In this document: positions 14,879 to 32,206 of the stretch, one piece after another
Position numbering within the stretch: the stretch's first letter is position 1
Layout of the letters: each line of letters starts with the position of its first letter
Origin: the human T2T-CHM13v2.0 reference genome, Homo sapiens
Assembly (NCBI RefSeq): GCF_009914755.1
Contig: NC_060934.1
DNA: 64,000 nucleotides
Direction: 5' to 3' (one strand)
Position numbers and translations under genes: made by a program
Notes under the pieces: generated by a model
The model's input: the letters and a program-made list of their open reading frames with translations, nothing else
Database searches by the model: none
What the model was told of the DNA's origin: nothing

Positions 14879-15820
14879 TAATTCTAGCACTGGCTCCTTA
14901 GTTTTTGAGCAAGTTGATTAACATCTCTAGGCTTTTTTTTTCCCCCTATACAATGAAGGCAATAATTTTTATCTCTCTACTGCTCTGTCTGGAAGGCTAT
15001 AAAAGCCTATACGGGTAATGCAGTATCCTTAAAGCATCTGAGAATAGCTGTCCCTAGTTTTGTCTTTACTTTGAAGCCTGAGTAATTACTTAAGGAATGT
15101 ACCTTGAATCTTGAGACCATGTTTCTAACAACACAGGTATTTCTGCAACCTGAAATCTGATGAGCCTGAGATCCTTTCTGTTGGACCCAGGTTGAGGACT
15201 ATTTTCGTGACTTCGCTTAATGAGATTTAATGTTCAATATAAACACTTGAAAGGAATTTTTCAAGGCTAAATTCTACATCAGAAGGTTTTGAGCGTCGTG
15301 CACAGCTCAACTTCCAAGTCTTTTACAGTGGGCTGTGAATAATTAATGCTGATTTGATATCTGGGCATTCTTTTAAAAAACGTGTATATCCACCCAAATA
15401 TAACAATATAGAAAAAAGAAGAGCCTCATGATATTGCCCAAAATTTTAATGACTCACATGTGATATGCTGAGTACTATCTAGGTGAAGTTAAATGTGGCC
15501 TCTGTTGACGAAATTGCCACTTACTTGGATAACATAACAAGATAAAAACACGTTTGCAACGATGTACATTTTGAGAAATCATGAATTTCTGCATTGTAGA
15601 CATAAATATTTAAAGAACTCTCCGGGTAAAAGATCAGTTGAAAATTTGGAAATTGTGGAATTCAGTTCAATTTAGAATACTTACTGAATGACAACAATTA
15701 GAGAATAATTTTGTCAAATGTCTCTTTAAAATGATTTAATTAAGATACATATGTTTGGCACTGTAGCTGGAATACAGAGGCCCAAGGTGGTTATATGGGC
15801 TAAATTTGAACTCAGAAAAA

Positions 15821-15902
15821 GGATGGATGGACGGACGGATGGACAGATGGATGGACAGACAGACAGACAGATAGATGGATGGATAGGTGGATAGATAGAT
15901 TG
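15821..15902 (+). repeat. Compound tetranucleotide microsatellite (GGAT/GGAC/AGAC/AGAT)n
   Basis: Direct reading; occupies the tail position of the adjacent Alu. Confidence 0.95.
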
Positions 15903-16174
15903 TTTGAGACAGAGTCTTGCTCTGTCACCCAGGCTGGAGTGCAGTGGCCTGATCTCGGCTCACTGCAACCTCCACCTCCTGATTCTCCTGCCTCAGCCTC
16001 CCGAGTATCTGGGACTACAGGTGTGCACCACCATGCCCGGCTATTTTTGTATTTTTAGTAGAGATGGTGTTTCACCAGTTTGGCCAGGCTGGTCTGGAAT
16101 TCCTGACCTCAGGTGATCCACCCGCCTTGGCCTCTCAAAATGCTGAGATTACAGGTTTGAGCCACTGTGCCCAG
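15903..16174 (-). mobile_element. AluS
   Basis: Antisense Alu. Confidence 0.95.
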
Positions 16175-16210
16175 ATACAAAGTTTATATTTTAAAGAGAC
16201 CTCAGAACTA

Positions 16211-16503
16211 GGCCAGGCAAGATGGCTGATGCCTGTAATCCTAGCACTTTAGGAGGCCAAGGTGGGAAGATCGTTTGAGCTCGGGAGTTTGAGACCAGCC
16301 TGGGCAACGTAGGGAGACCCTGTCTCTACAAATATATTTTAAAAATCAGCCACATGTGGTGGTGTGTGCCTGTGATCCCAGCTCCTTGGGAGGCTGAGGT
16401 GAGAGATCACTTGACTCCCGGAAGTTGAGGCTGCAGTGAGCTGTGATCGTGCTTCTGCACTCCAGCCCGAGTGACAGAATGAGTCCCACCAAACAGAACA
16501 AAG
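16211..16503 (+). mobile_element. AluJ
   Basis: Sense Alu. Confidence 0.95.
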
Positions 16504-16929
16504 GGACCTCAGCCTTTCTTCACTTCTTTGTTCTTCATATGAAGGGTGGGCATTCACAGGACATTGCAGGAGGTGTGATAAGATTCAGAGTTCCCCATAC
16601 AGCCTCCACTTGACCGCTTCTATTTGAAGGATGTGATGCTGTGGCTGGAACAACTGGTTGGTGAAAATGTTGTTGAAAGTCGTTTGTTTAAAGAGACCTA
16701 AAAAGAACCGTTTTCCCGGAGCTCCGGCATACTACAATGACCTAAGTTAATAGACCACAGCGAGTGTGAAGAATAATGGGTCCAATTGTTGATGCAGTAT
16801 CTGCTTTTAGGCTGAGAAAATATATATTGGTTTAATTTCCACAACTGAGTTTGCCTGACTTCTCTGGGACCATTTTCCATTCCAGCAGCATAAACCTGGC
16901 TCAAAATGCCATTAAAATTGATGACAATC

Positions 16930-17258
16930 TGCTAGGTGAGATGAGCCAGACACAAGGAGACAAATACAGAATGACCCCACTTATATAAGGGACCTAGAAT
17001 AGACTCACAGAGTCTAGAATGGTGGTTTCCAGGGGCTGGGAGAAGAGGGGAGTGGAGAGTTAGTGTCTAATGGGGACAAACTTTCAGTTGGAGATGATTT
17101 AAAAAAAAAAAAAAGATCCTGGAGACAGAAGATGGTGATGGCTACCCAATAATGTGAATGTATTCAATGCCATTGAACTGTATGCTTAAAATTGGCTCAA
17201 ATGGTAAATCCTATGTTATGCATATTTTGTCACAATGCTTAAAATACAATTTAATAAA
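16930..17258 (+). mobile_element. L1MB-like 3' end
   Basis: agccagacacaa...gatggtgatggct...tgccattgaactgtatgcttaaaa. Confidence 0.85.
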
Positions 17259-17336
17259 AACCCACCTGTATTGCGCACGTATGTTGCATGAGGCCAAATG
17301 CTTTATATCTATTATTATTATTTTTAATTCCGTAAC

Positions 17337-17898
<562 letters not shown>

Positions 17899-18189
17899 CT
17901 AGAGCAGTCGACGTTCCCTCAGGAGTAGCGCTTTAGGTTCCCTTAATCTTCACCCAGGGGTACCTCCTTGACCTTGAACCCTGCAGGTCCTGTAGCAGGA
18001 GGTGAGATTGCCCATCAGCCCTCCAGGAGTCCACCAGACCTGGCAGGCCTTCATGCAGCAGAACAAAAGGCCAGCTGTTTATTTCCTAGGCAGAGTTCAT
18101 GAAAATCACCCCATGGGTGTGATACCAAGATCATCTTAAAATTAACTTGTGTTTTAAAAACCATTTTCTGTTTGGTTTTTTAGTGGTGG

Positions 18190-18287
18190 TGGTTGTTTTT
18201 GAGACAGGGTCTCGTTCTGCCGTCCATGCTGGAGTGCAGTGGCACAATCATAGTTCACTGTGGCCTTGTACTCCTGAGCTCAAGCCG
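18190..18287 (-). mobile_element. 5'-truncated Alu fragment
   Basis: TSD ttaaaaaccatttt. Confidence 0.85.
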
Positions 18288-20503
18288 TCATCTATCACAG
18301 TTAAAAACCATTTTTAATCTTCTCTAAACAAGTAACTTTTCTTAACATAGTTTTCAATCTTCTAGAATGATCAACTAGAATTTTTTTAAATGAGCTGCTT
18401 TTTTCTTATTATATGCCAGCTACTTTTTGGAAAAACAATAGCATAGAGTCATTCTCACAGGAGAATGTATATAAAAACAAAGTAAATATATTTTTATAAA
18501 GATCACATGTACACCCTTTCTTTTCTTTTTTTTTTTTCTTTTTTGCTAAAATGTGTATTTATAACCAGATTTCTCATCAGGCTTTCTTGGGATCTTTAAA
18601 ATATGTTTCTTTTGCAAATATAGGCTTAGGACTAAATATATTCTGTATCCCGTCATCATGTTGTATTACAGATGAGAAGACAATTAATTCTGTGATAAAG
18701 TATCATAAGGCAAGAAAGAAGGTGCTTGGGGAAATTGGACTGTGCTAGAGATCTTTTCTGATTCTGCAATATACTACGTATTCAGTGATCTGCTATATAC
18801 AATGATTACTGTCTCTTTACATTCTTCTACCTATATTTTTTAATTGGGTGAGATGATGAACTGGAAAATGATTTGCTACATCCAGAAATTTCAAAGCATT
18901 CTTAAGGATTTTGTTGAAAACACATGTTATTCTATTGTTACCGTTTTCTGCCTTTTTCACTCTACCATGGAAAACCAGATGGTCTGTACAAGCCGAGAGA
19001 AATAATTTCCAACCCAGTGTATTTGCATAATTTCCTCTCTGCCCTTAATCTGGAACAAAAGGAAACAAAATGAATTGAGTTCAGCATAATAAACTAGATT
19101 GGTTCTTAATTACAGAATTAGGAAAGTTTTTCACATAATTTAAGATTCTTTGGTTGTATTGCTTTCAAAGTTAGAGAAAGTCTCTTTTAAAGTGTGATTT
19201 CTATTAGAGGCTTTTTTTCCTGATGAATTCATTGATTCAACAAGTCAAAATGGGTGACAGTTTTTGCAAACCAAAGGAAGAGAGTGATGACATTTAAAAC
19301 ACATATATAGACATAGAGAATTTCAAATGTTCTACACTCCTGCTGCTCTCTCAAGGCGTGTTCAGAGTCTCCTAAAAAGGATGTTTGACCTGTTTGCAGA
19401 GCTCTGACAGATGATATTTTGACAGGTCTATTTCTTCTGCGTGTTCAATGCAATGCCCAAGATGAATAGGCATTCAACCTAAAAGTACAACTTAAAAGTA
19501 CATTTTTGCATCCAAGCCAGCCTCTGCGTACTTCATTCTTATCCTTATATAAGGGTAAGATATTTGATATTCTGATAATCCTGTTACCTTTCTGATCGCA
19601 TGAGTTGAGTGGACTTCCACGCATCACGTCCCATGACAGGGCTCCTCTGTGAAGCAGGGAAAAAGCATGGCATCTGATCTCCTTAATTCTTACAACACCA
19701 ACAGAACATAATTACTTTATCATACAGGGCTATGAAGATAGCACATGTCACCACTGTATGAAAGCTCTTAGGTTGTGGAATTTAGTCTAATGTTATCATG
19801 GAAGAGTACTGAAATAGGGAACAGTAGGGTTGATAAATAGAGAAAGAAAAGAGAAACCAGGAATAATCAGTGAATGATAAGCAAGTAACATGGTTTAAAA
19901 GCATTCCAGGAGTTCCATTTTTAAGCACTCTTGTTTACTTAGTTTTGCTACCCACTTGTTGCTTTGGAAGAGTTTCTATTAATTAGATGTCATTTTTCAA
20001 AAGTGCGTACTTAATTGTTATATGAATTACAAGGGACTGCATAGGTTTCGTTGCAAAAATGTTTTTCAAGGAACACTTAGAGGAAACATGCTTCGTAGCA
20101 TTTCATAGTATATGACATTTTTAAGGGAGAATGCTTTACATGTAATATGTAGCACAATTTGGAATTATTAGTATATTGGATTTTCTCATGTTCTGGGCAA
20201 ATGAAGGAACATATATGTTTGTATCAATAAAAGCTGTGAACAGAATATGTGAGCATATTTTGAATCCATCAAATGTATTACATCATCTCTAGTAAAGCTA
20301 TAAATTATAGAATACTTTAATAAAGTTATTTTTCTTATTCATGAAATATTATGTCTGGTAGCAGGAAAATGTGATCTGTTCAGAAAAAGGATAATGAAAG
20401 AAATCTTTTATTAGAGAAATATGATTGCTATACAATAATGTGGCCTACATTTAATTCTACATGTTTTAAAATTAGAATTGGGCTTTAAAAATTTATGGTT
20501 CTA

Positions 20504-20797
<294 letters not shown>

Positions 20798-22253
20798 TTA
20801 TGATTCTATATGAAACGTACGTTTGTATGGACTTGGAAAAGTCTTAGTTAAGGACATAGGCCTTCTCAACTCTTTTTAACTCTGTAACTTTATGATATAA
20901 ACAAAATATGTAAGCATTTCTTCACAGTTCGCCGATCTACGTTGATTCAGTATAAGGTACACATCAAAGTAAAATTAACCAAAGACTCTAATTTGAGGGA
21001 ATAATAAGGCACATGGTTGATAAGAAAGAATACAATATTCCAGGGGTTATGAACTATTAGCATTTCTGATTCATGGCAATCCAATTTGAGAGTATAAATT
21101 TGGATTACCAGCTTAGTTCTGAAAAACTTTCTTTATACTGCTCTATGGCAGCTGAGGGCTTCCGGTTCATCACATGTATCTGTTTAGTCTGCTAACTCTG
21201 ACAAAAGCCATTATCTATTTTTTTTGCCCAAAGGCATTATAAGGAAATAGTATGAGCAAAGTTTTCTTTCTAGTATAAACAATAAATCTTACTAGCCATT
21301 GGGCAAACTCATATTCTGGTGAATATTTGAAAAAGCTTGGCACTCATTAATACCAGCAAGTGTCCAGTAGCTTGATGAGTACTTTATAGTATTTAAATGG
21401 AATGTATAGTCTGTCAAAAAACTATAGTAGGCCTTAATTAGCTGGGTGACATTGGACAAATTATCCAGAGTCAAATCCCTGAGAGTCAATTTGCTTATCT
21501 TTTCATTTGGAGTAATAATGATGTATGACCCCTATAGACCTCAAGGCTCAAATATAATTTGAAAATCTTAAAAATAGCAAAGCACTGTATGATAATGAGG
21601 TATTAATCATTTAACAAACACTTGTTAAGTGTTAGCTCCTTTTTTTCCTCCTGACTTGGGCCCTTAAACTGCTTGCCTGTCTTGGGAAGAGTCTCCTTGG
21701 TGAGGTCCTATGAGAACTTTCCACTGTGCCTGGTCCCAACCACCACCCAACTCTCCACCCTTCCACCAACTTGTGCTGGCCTTGAAAAGGTCAGAAGGCT
21801 GTTGGAAGAGTCCTGGGGAGAGAAACATGGCAGCCGAGCGCAAGACAGTTATGGTGGGGCCTAGAGAGGAGCCAGATGTCATGGTGTGGTTGATTGTGTT
21901 GGATGAAGCTGAGGTCACAGAAGATGAAGGCTGAAAGGAAAGCTAGGGTTATTTTGCGGTGTTTTTGTTGTTGTTGTTGCTGTTTTTGCTTGTATGTTTG
22001 TTTCTCAATTACAACTATAGGGATGGGGGAACTATCTTTAGAGGAGTCTCAGGACCCAGCAGGCCCAACAACAGAGGAGTGGGGACTTCTGAGAAGTCTG
22101 GCAGAGCAGGTGATGGGCAGTAGCTTTTCCGGTTCTGAAAATATCTGCATAATCTACACAGGGGTCAGCAGGGTTCAGAGAATTAACCTAAAGCACAACC
22201 ATAAAACCATGTGTGGTTTCTTTCTTCAAAGTCACATCTGAAGCTCAATATTA

Positions 22254-22574
22254 CAGGTTGAGCATTCCAAATCCAAAAATCCGAAATCCAAAACTTTTTG
22301 AGTACTTAACGTAGGCTAGAGACACCTTTGCTTCCTGATGGTTCAACGTACACAAACTTTGTTTCATGCACAAAATTATTTAAAATATCATGTAAATTAC
22401 CTTGAGGCTATATGTATAAAGTGTACATGAAACATTAATGAATGTTGTATTTAGACTTGAGTTCCATCCCCAATGTAGCTCATTACATACATGCAAATAT
22501 TCCGAAATCCAAATAAAATTTGAAATCTGAAACACTTCTGTCCCAGGCATTTCAGGTAAGGGATACTCTGCATG
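22254..22574 (+). mobile_element. Tigger4-like (TcMar-Tigger) MITE
   Basis: TA|CAGGTTGAGCAT.CC...aaatccgaaatcc...taagggatactc...|TA. Confidence 0.85.
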
Positions 22575-23005
22575 TACACTCTTAAGTGTTTCAGGGTGCT
22601 TAACATAGTACTTCTATCATTTCTTGTTATTTGAGCTTTCTAGATTTTGGAGTTCTGGATGAGAAGCTTATCTTTTACAAACATTACTTGTAGTTATTCT
22701 TTTCCAGGTATAAACCTAGGTAGAAAAAAGTTGTTATAATGAAAAGAAAAATGTATCGTCGTTTTTTTAAAAATGGGACTTCTATATGTAACTAACGATT
22801 TGGTGTTAGTGTGAGCTATGATTTGTTCTCAGGATCATGAATGATATCACACAAATGATTACGACACTTGAATAAATGTGGCCTTTATTTAATTTTTTGA
22901 TGCTATTGCAGAGCTGCTGCTAACATTCAGTCCTAGTTATAATCACAAAAGTATCTGCCATAAGCCCAGCTGATTAGGCTCTGCAAGTTTGATCTGATTT
23001 TTCTC

Positions 23006-23310
23006 TTTTTTTTTTTTTTTTATTTTTTTGAGACAGAGTCTTGCTCTGTCGCCCAGGCTGGAGTACAGTGGCGCGATCTCGGCTCGCTGCAACATTTGCC
23101 TCCTGGGTTCAAGCAATTCTCTGCCTCAGCCTCCCGAGTAGCTGGGATTACAGGTGCCTGCCACCACGCCTGCCTCATTTTTTTGTATTTTTAGTGGAGA
23201 CAGGATTTCACCATCTTGACCAGACTGGTCTTGAACTCCTGGCCTCATGATCCACCCGCCTCTGCCTCCCAAAACACTGGGATTACAGGCGTGAGCCACC
23301 ATGCCCGGCC
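23006..23310 (-). mobile_element. AluS
   Basis: TSD tctgatttttt. Confidence 0.95.
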
Positions 23311-24014
23311 TCTGATTTTTTATTCTCCTCTGTAATGTCCGAGTCAACTAACATGCACGTAAAATATGCAAAAAACCCCACAACTTTCTGGAAGGTTTCT
23401 GTAAGGATTGCTCCACGGAGACTCTGGCACCCCAAGGCTGCAGGCCCCTGGAGGTCCCAGGAGACCTGGATCTCTGCCCACTGCCCCATGCATTGACACA
23501 GCCCTCCCTTCCCACCTTCCCCGCTGTAATATTGCTTACCCATCTTGATTCCTTCAAGGATGAAGCTGCCATAGGCTGGGCCTCTGCTCCTGCTTTTTTC
23601 TGATGCTTCATTCATGCAACTATCCCAACTGCCCAGCACCCACTTTGCATCACGCTAGCTCTGGGCACCATCAGGAAGCCCACTGTCTATACCCTGTGCT
23701 CTGTCTCACTCCACCTCATCATCACTGCTTATTTTCCTCACTTTCTCCAGCAAGCCAACTTCTTTCCACCTTTCTGGTCTTGCTGGATTATTATTATTGT
23801 TGTTGTTATTATTTTAAACCTGGAATATTCCTCCCTGCCCTTTACTTTGATCCTAAACATCTCTGTGGTTCTGCAGAAAAGCTTTTCCTGACTACATTGC
23901 ACAAAGGAGCTTCTCCCATTATTCACATCACCCAGTTTGCTTCGTATAAATGTAATTATTTGACCAGCAGTTTACATTTTGATCCTCTCTCCTCTCGTCT
24001 CTTTTTCTCCTTCA

Positions 24015-24625
<611 letters not shown>

Positions 24626-25487
24626 GACTCAATTTCTTTTACCTGTATTTCAGCACTCGTCCTTTATCATCCTGAAGTGAAATGTATAGTTAATGCAAAC
24701 AACCAACACACAAATTTTTAAAAACCATTTGGGTCAAAATACTGACCCAATGAATAAAAAGATTAATTTATTCTCTGGTAATGTGTATTTCAATGGGTTA
24801 TTATGCTGGCATAACCACACTAGAAAACGTGAGGAAGCAGTTCCATGGATAGGGCCACTGCATGGACGGATTAGCGGTGATGTACACCTACAGGTGTGCG
24901 GCTATTAAAGACAATAGTTAACAATTTGGTAAAGTTCCAAACAAAGTACAATCTTTCATTGATTGTCACAGTACTTTCATTTCTGGAAAATTCAGTATAT
25001 TTTACAACTATGCGAAAAGACTTGTACTCATATCCAAAAAAAGATTTAGATTCTAGGTTCAGATAATTTTATATTTTTCGCCCACATGAATTCCAGCAGG
25101 ATAGTCAAAGATCGTGAGAGGAGGTGCACATCCATCTTATAATCACATAGGATTGCTGTGTAAAATGCAAACAGGTGTATTCCTAGCCACTGTGTACAAG
25201 CATCCTGTAATGCTTCTCAGTCATTGAAACAACCAAAAATCCAGCAGTACCTTTCTGGAACACTCCTTTTGGGGACCCATTAGTTTAGACGATAAACTCC
25301 TTAAGCTCCTCCTGCATGGCGGGCAGGAATCATATTTGCCTCATCTACTATACAAGCCTCAACATCCAGCACATCATTGTCGCAGTGCATGGCAAATATT
25401 TAAAGAAGGAATAAACGAATGAGTGAATGGAAAGGAATACGCAGAAACAGGAAAACACATTCATCCATTCAATTGATTGATTAACTG

Positions 25488-25770
25488 GAGACAGAGTCTC
25501 ACTCTGTCACCCAAGCTAGAGGGCAGTGGCACGATCTCAGCTCACTGCAATGTCTGTTTCCCAGGTTCAAGTGATTCTCCTGCCTCAGGCTCCTGAGGAG
25601 CTGGTACCACAGACACGCGCTACCACGCCTGGCTATTTTTTTGTGTTTTTAGTAGAGATGGGTTTTCACCATGTTGGCCAGGCTGTTCTCAAACTCCTGG
25701 CCTCAAGTGATCCACCCACCTCAGACTCCCAGAGTCCTGGGATTACAGGTGTGAGCCACCATGCCTGGCC
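25488..25770 (-). mobile_element. Alu inserted in L2-like sequence
   Basis: TSD catc.attcaat. Confidence 0.93.
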
Positions 25771-25878
25771 CATCTATTCAATGTATAAATGTTTACTGAG
25801 CAACTAGTATATGCTACCTGCTGTTCTAGAACCTAGGAATACAGCAATGAATGAGGGAAATTCCTTTTCTAATGAGCA

Positions 25879-25880
<2 letters not shown>

Positions 25881-25916
<36 letters not shown>
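25881..25916 (+). repeat. (CT)18 microsatellite
   Basis: Direct reading. Confidence 0.97.
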
Positions 25917-25918
<2 letters not shown>

Positions 25919-26596
25919 AGCTGCTTTGTGATTGCAGTATGACATCTGGTTTTCCTATACAGGTACAAGGTGGCTGTGCTTGAGACATGCCAAGTTTTTT
26001 TTAACTCAGAATACTTACCATATAAATAGAGCAATAGAGTATGATAGACAAAGCTGGCTAGGAAATAAAAAGCAGTGGAAGGAATTCAGTTTGATGACAA
26101 AGAAGTGTGAATTGCCCTTAAGAAACAAACAATAGAATAAAATGAGAGCCTGAAAATAAATAACTTGGTTATTTATAGATTTCTTGTGTCTGTCAATACA
26201 GCATCACAGACCAAAACATTTAAATTCAGGGGTTTTGTTGTTGCTGCTGTTCTTTTCATAAATATGGCCATATTAGAAAAACTTTACATGGCGTTTTTCT
26301 CTTATGCAATCTTTTTTATGTAGCAGTTTCCTGGGAAATGTTATGTCAGCTTTAATACAGGCCTGAATTTAACTGGCAAATAGTGACACAAATTGTCATG
26401 ATGGAAAAGTAACATGTTGGGGGTTTTAATAACCACTGAAATACTGATAGCCATTTTCTTTTTTTTTTAACTTCTACGTTATTTAGGGACCTATTTTGCA
26501 GACATAACCTTAAACTAAAATATCCCGTGTCCATTGAGAAGCCTACCCCCACAAAAATAAATAAATAGATGTGGGAATGATATTTGGAGTTTGTGA

Positions 26597-26918
<322 letters not shown>

Positions 26919-26940
26919 TGAAGCTTATAAGTAACATTCT

Positions 26941-27136
26941 GTTTTGTTTTTTTTTTTCTTTTTCATACTTTAAGTTCTGGGGTACACGTGCAGAACATGC
27001 AGGTTTGTTGCATAGGTATACATATGCCATGGTGGCTTGCTGCACCCATCAACCTGTGATCTACATTAGGTATTTCTCCTAATGCTGTCCCTCCTCTAGC
27101 CCCCCACCCCCCAGCAGTCCCCAGTGTGAGATGTTC
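26941..27136 (-). mobile_element. L1PA 3' end (about 190 bp)
   Basis: tactttaagttctggggtacacgtgcagaac... Confidence 0.92.
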
Positions 27137-27577
27137 TTAAACTGGCATGTTTCTTGGCCACATCTCTTGAATTTTAATTATTGTACTTTGAATTATTTTG
27201 ATGTTAAGATTAACTTTTATGCTTATGCTTATTGCTGTCGTGAGTGGTACTAAAGAGTCCTGGGTTGTAAATTGAGCCACGAGTGCAAAGAGGAAATTAA
27301 ACTATTCTATATTCAAATTAAGCCATAAACATAGGAACTGGACTCTATACTGGGGAGGGCGGGTAAGAACAGTACAGGAGCATAGGGTGATCCAGCGTCA
27401 CACAGAGCAGGTGCTCAGGAAAGACATCAATAAACTGCCGATGAATCAACATTGTAAGAACAGGGGAATGAACTTTGAAGTTTCTTTGACATCAGTTATT
27501 CCAACAACCTCAGAAATAGGTGCTGCCTCCTCTCCTATATAAAGGAGGAAACTGAGGCACAAAGAGTTCAGTTTAGG

Positions 27578-27868
27578 TTTATTTTAAGAGACAGAGTCTC
27601 ACTCTGTTGCCTAGGCTGGAGTGCAGTAGAGCAATAATTACAGCTTACTGCAGCCTCAAACTCCTGGGCTCAAGCGATCCTCTTGCCTCAGCCTCCTGAG
27701 TAGCTGGGACTACATGTGTGCACCACTATACCTGGCTAATTTTGTTTTTTGTAGGGATGGAATCTCACTTTGTTGCCCGGGCTGATCTTAAATCCTGGCT
27801 TCAAGGGATCCTCAGGCCTCAGCCTCACAAAGTGCTGGGATTACAGGCATGCACCACTGCACCCAGCC
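27578..27868 (-). mobile_element. AluJ amid MIR remnants
   Basis: Antisense Alu; gaaactgaggcaca MIR cores near 27550 and 27975. Confidence 0.93.
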
Positions 27869-28552
27869 TTATTTTGTTGTTAAGGCAATATTTATGCTGT
27901 GTTTCTAATAATTCACTTATCACTCACAAGAGTCCTGTGAGGCAGACCTATTGTTTTTATTTCACAGAGAAGAAAACTGAGGCACAGAACTTTAAGTGGC
28001 AGCTTTGATCACGGGGCTAAGATATGGTGGCCACACATAGTCATGAGTGAGGAGAGCAGGCTCCATAACTTGTCCTCTTAGACGACTTGCTGGCTGTATA
28101 TTCCCCTGCATCTGGGGTGTCAGATTATGCACCTGCTGAATACACAGCCAGCAAGGAGCAGAACAGGACTGTCTGATTTCAAAATCTATGTCCTTTCCCC
28201 TATCCTTAGCTGCAAAACCAGTGATATTCCCTACTCACTGTGGGAAGAAGCATGAATGCCTTCCTAATCATCAAAGCCAAGAGGTTTTGTCCACAATTCA
28301 AATTCCTGCTGACCTTTCTTTTCTGTTCATTGTTCATCCCTCCTTCATCTCATTGTGGTTTTTTTCCTGCCTCCTACTTCTCTGAGCATGACCTCTCATT
28401 CTTCTCTGACTTTTCCCCCATCTACTAAATGTGTGTGTTCCCTTAAGTTTTATCTTAAACTCTCTTTATTCTTTTATCTGCTTGGAGCATCTGTGTCTTA
28501 GCATTCTCCTCTACTTCCCGGGCTCATCCATTACCTTTATGTAGCCATCCTA

Positions 28553-29257
<705 letters not shown>

Positions 29258-29331
29258 TAAGGTAGCATTCTTAATTGCTGTTTCCCAAAACCAACCCCTG
29301 TTTCTAACTTCCATATTATTACTGCTACACA

Positions 29332-29434
29332 TTTTTTTATATTTTTTATATTTTGTAGGGATGAGGTTTTCCCATGTCGCCCAGGCTGATCTCAAGCTCC
29401 TGGGCTCAAGCAATCCTCCTGCCTCAGCTTCCCA
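29332..29434 (-). mobile_element. Alu left-monomer fragment
   Basis: Partial antisense monomer. Confidence 0.85.
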
Positions 29435-29963
29435 ATGGGTAGCAGATATAAGACAATTTGTTTAACAATTAACACTCAGTTTATCTAGCAGTGGTTCACC
29501 TAATGATTGAAGCCTCTTTCGAGTGTTTTTGTATACATGCATACATCCTATTCTTTTCAGCCATATTGTTTTTCTTGTTAAGGACTTCTTAAACATGCTT
29601 ATTAAAACATTTTCAACTTAATTTGTATTTCTAAAAAGTCATGATGAATTTTGTTTCAGTTATAGCTATTAAGGGTTTTCTAAAGATCCTCTCTTCAAAA
29701 TGTTTTGTTAGGAGCAATAGATATTTGTAAAATTTATGAAAATTTGACTAGTTTTTTCTAATTCTTTACATTGTGTGATTACTGTTTCCTCCTTGTTTTT
29801 TTCCCCCAAGTGATTATATTAGTATTCTATTTTTGTCATTTTAGAGAATGGACACAGAAGTCACCATAGGTGAATTGACTTAAAATCTTTTAAGTATAAG
29901 AAAAATAGCAAAAATGATAACCTGCGAAGTGGGTGATCAATTTTTTAAGTCCATAACGTGTTA

Positions 29964-30314
<351 letters not shown>

Positions 30315-31294
30315 TCATTAAGTGACTTCATTAACTCTGGGCTAATTGGCTCTACCTGTGAGCAAAAGCTGATTGTCTGTGTTGAAGACAGTTTATCCAC
30401 CTGTCTCTCCTCTCTGTCATAGTCACATGTTGCCTCTCCCCCATCTTCTCTGCTCACACATCTCAGAAGCTCCTAACCAGCTTTTCTTCCCATGAACAGT
30501 AAAATAGGTTTCCTAAATAAAGATTTTGACATCCCAGCCCCTTGTGTTAAAATCTGGGATGGCTCATTATTTACAAGATCAATTTCAAAAGTATTAGCCT
30601 GGCGTTCCAGGCTCTCAACAGGATGGATGGCTCAGGCTTGGCTTTTCAGACATAACACCTATGGTTTCTGTACAAGCACCAAGCAGCACGTCTACTCACT
30701 TGAGGATGTCTTGTACCCAGTCACCCCCGCTTTCTTCCTGGTTGAAATCCTGTCGCCCCATGGGGCCTTCTCTGTTCCCCATGGAAGCTTCATCCTCTGA
30801 TCCTCAGTGCCATATGGTATTTGTTGTGCTGGTTATTTCTTGACATGTCTGTCTTATGCTTTCAAAGAGTGTGCACTCTCTGAAGGTTCAGCATGAAACT
30901 ACCAGTACCTTCCATTCCCTTCAGTCTTCTATTCTAGTAAGCTCAAAGCTAGCAGTTCAAAGCTAGTATTTAATAGCATGTTTAAAATATGTATATGACT
31001 AGACAATGTGGCCAAAGGAAGTGTCTGAGCCAGAGGGTCTGAATTCAGGTCTTTGTCTAACATACTCATTATAGCTGTGTGACACTTGGTATGGCACCTA
31101 ACCTCTCTGGAAATCAGTTCTTTTTTTTTTTTCTTTAAATAGTAAGGATAGTTATACCAATCAAATAGGTTTGGTTTAAAAACAGATCATTTTGGATAAG
31201 TGCATTCTATATCATAAACTGCTTTAAAAATGTTAATACTGGCAATATTTTTATTAATGCTGTTGCGAATAGTAGGGTCTTGAAGGCAGTTTAA

Positions 31295-31597
31295 TTTTTT
31301 TTTTTTTTTTTTAGATGATGTTTTGCTCGTTGCCTAGGCTGGAGTACAATGGCACAATCTAAGCTCACTGAAACCTCCGCCTCCCGGGTTCAAGTGATTC
31401 TCCAGCCTTGCCTCCTGAGTAGTTGGGATTACAGGCGCCTGCTACCACACCCAGTTGATTTTGTATTTTCAGTGGAGATGGGGTTTTGCCACTTTGGCCA
31501 GGCTGGTCTTGAACTCCTGACCTCAGGTGATCAGGTGATCCACCCACCTCAGCCTCTCAAAGTGCTGGGATTACAGGCATGAGCCGCGGTGCCTGCC
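31295..31597 (-). mobile_element. AluS (left unit of composite)
   Basis: Antisense Alu; caggtgat duplicated. Confidence 0.95.
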
Positions 31598-31645
31598 TTC
31601 TACATGCGTTTTCTATAGCAATATTTGTTATGGATTTTTAACTAA

Positions 31646-32206
<561 letters not shown>

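Noticed and set aside
19480-19560. Another coding first exon ending at AGG|GTAAGA (19555)
   Set aside because: In phase 0 there is a TAA at 19480 and no ATG between it and the donor.
22708-22719. 12-nt microexon ttccag|GTATAAACCTAG|gtag
   Set aside because: Weak donor and an in-frame TAA.
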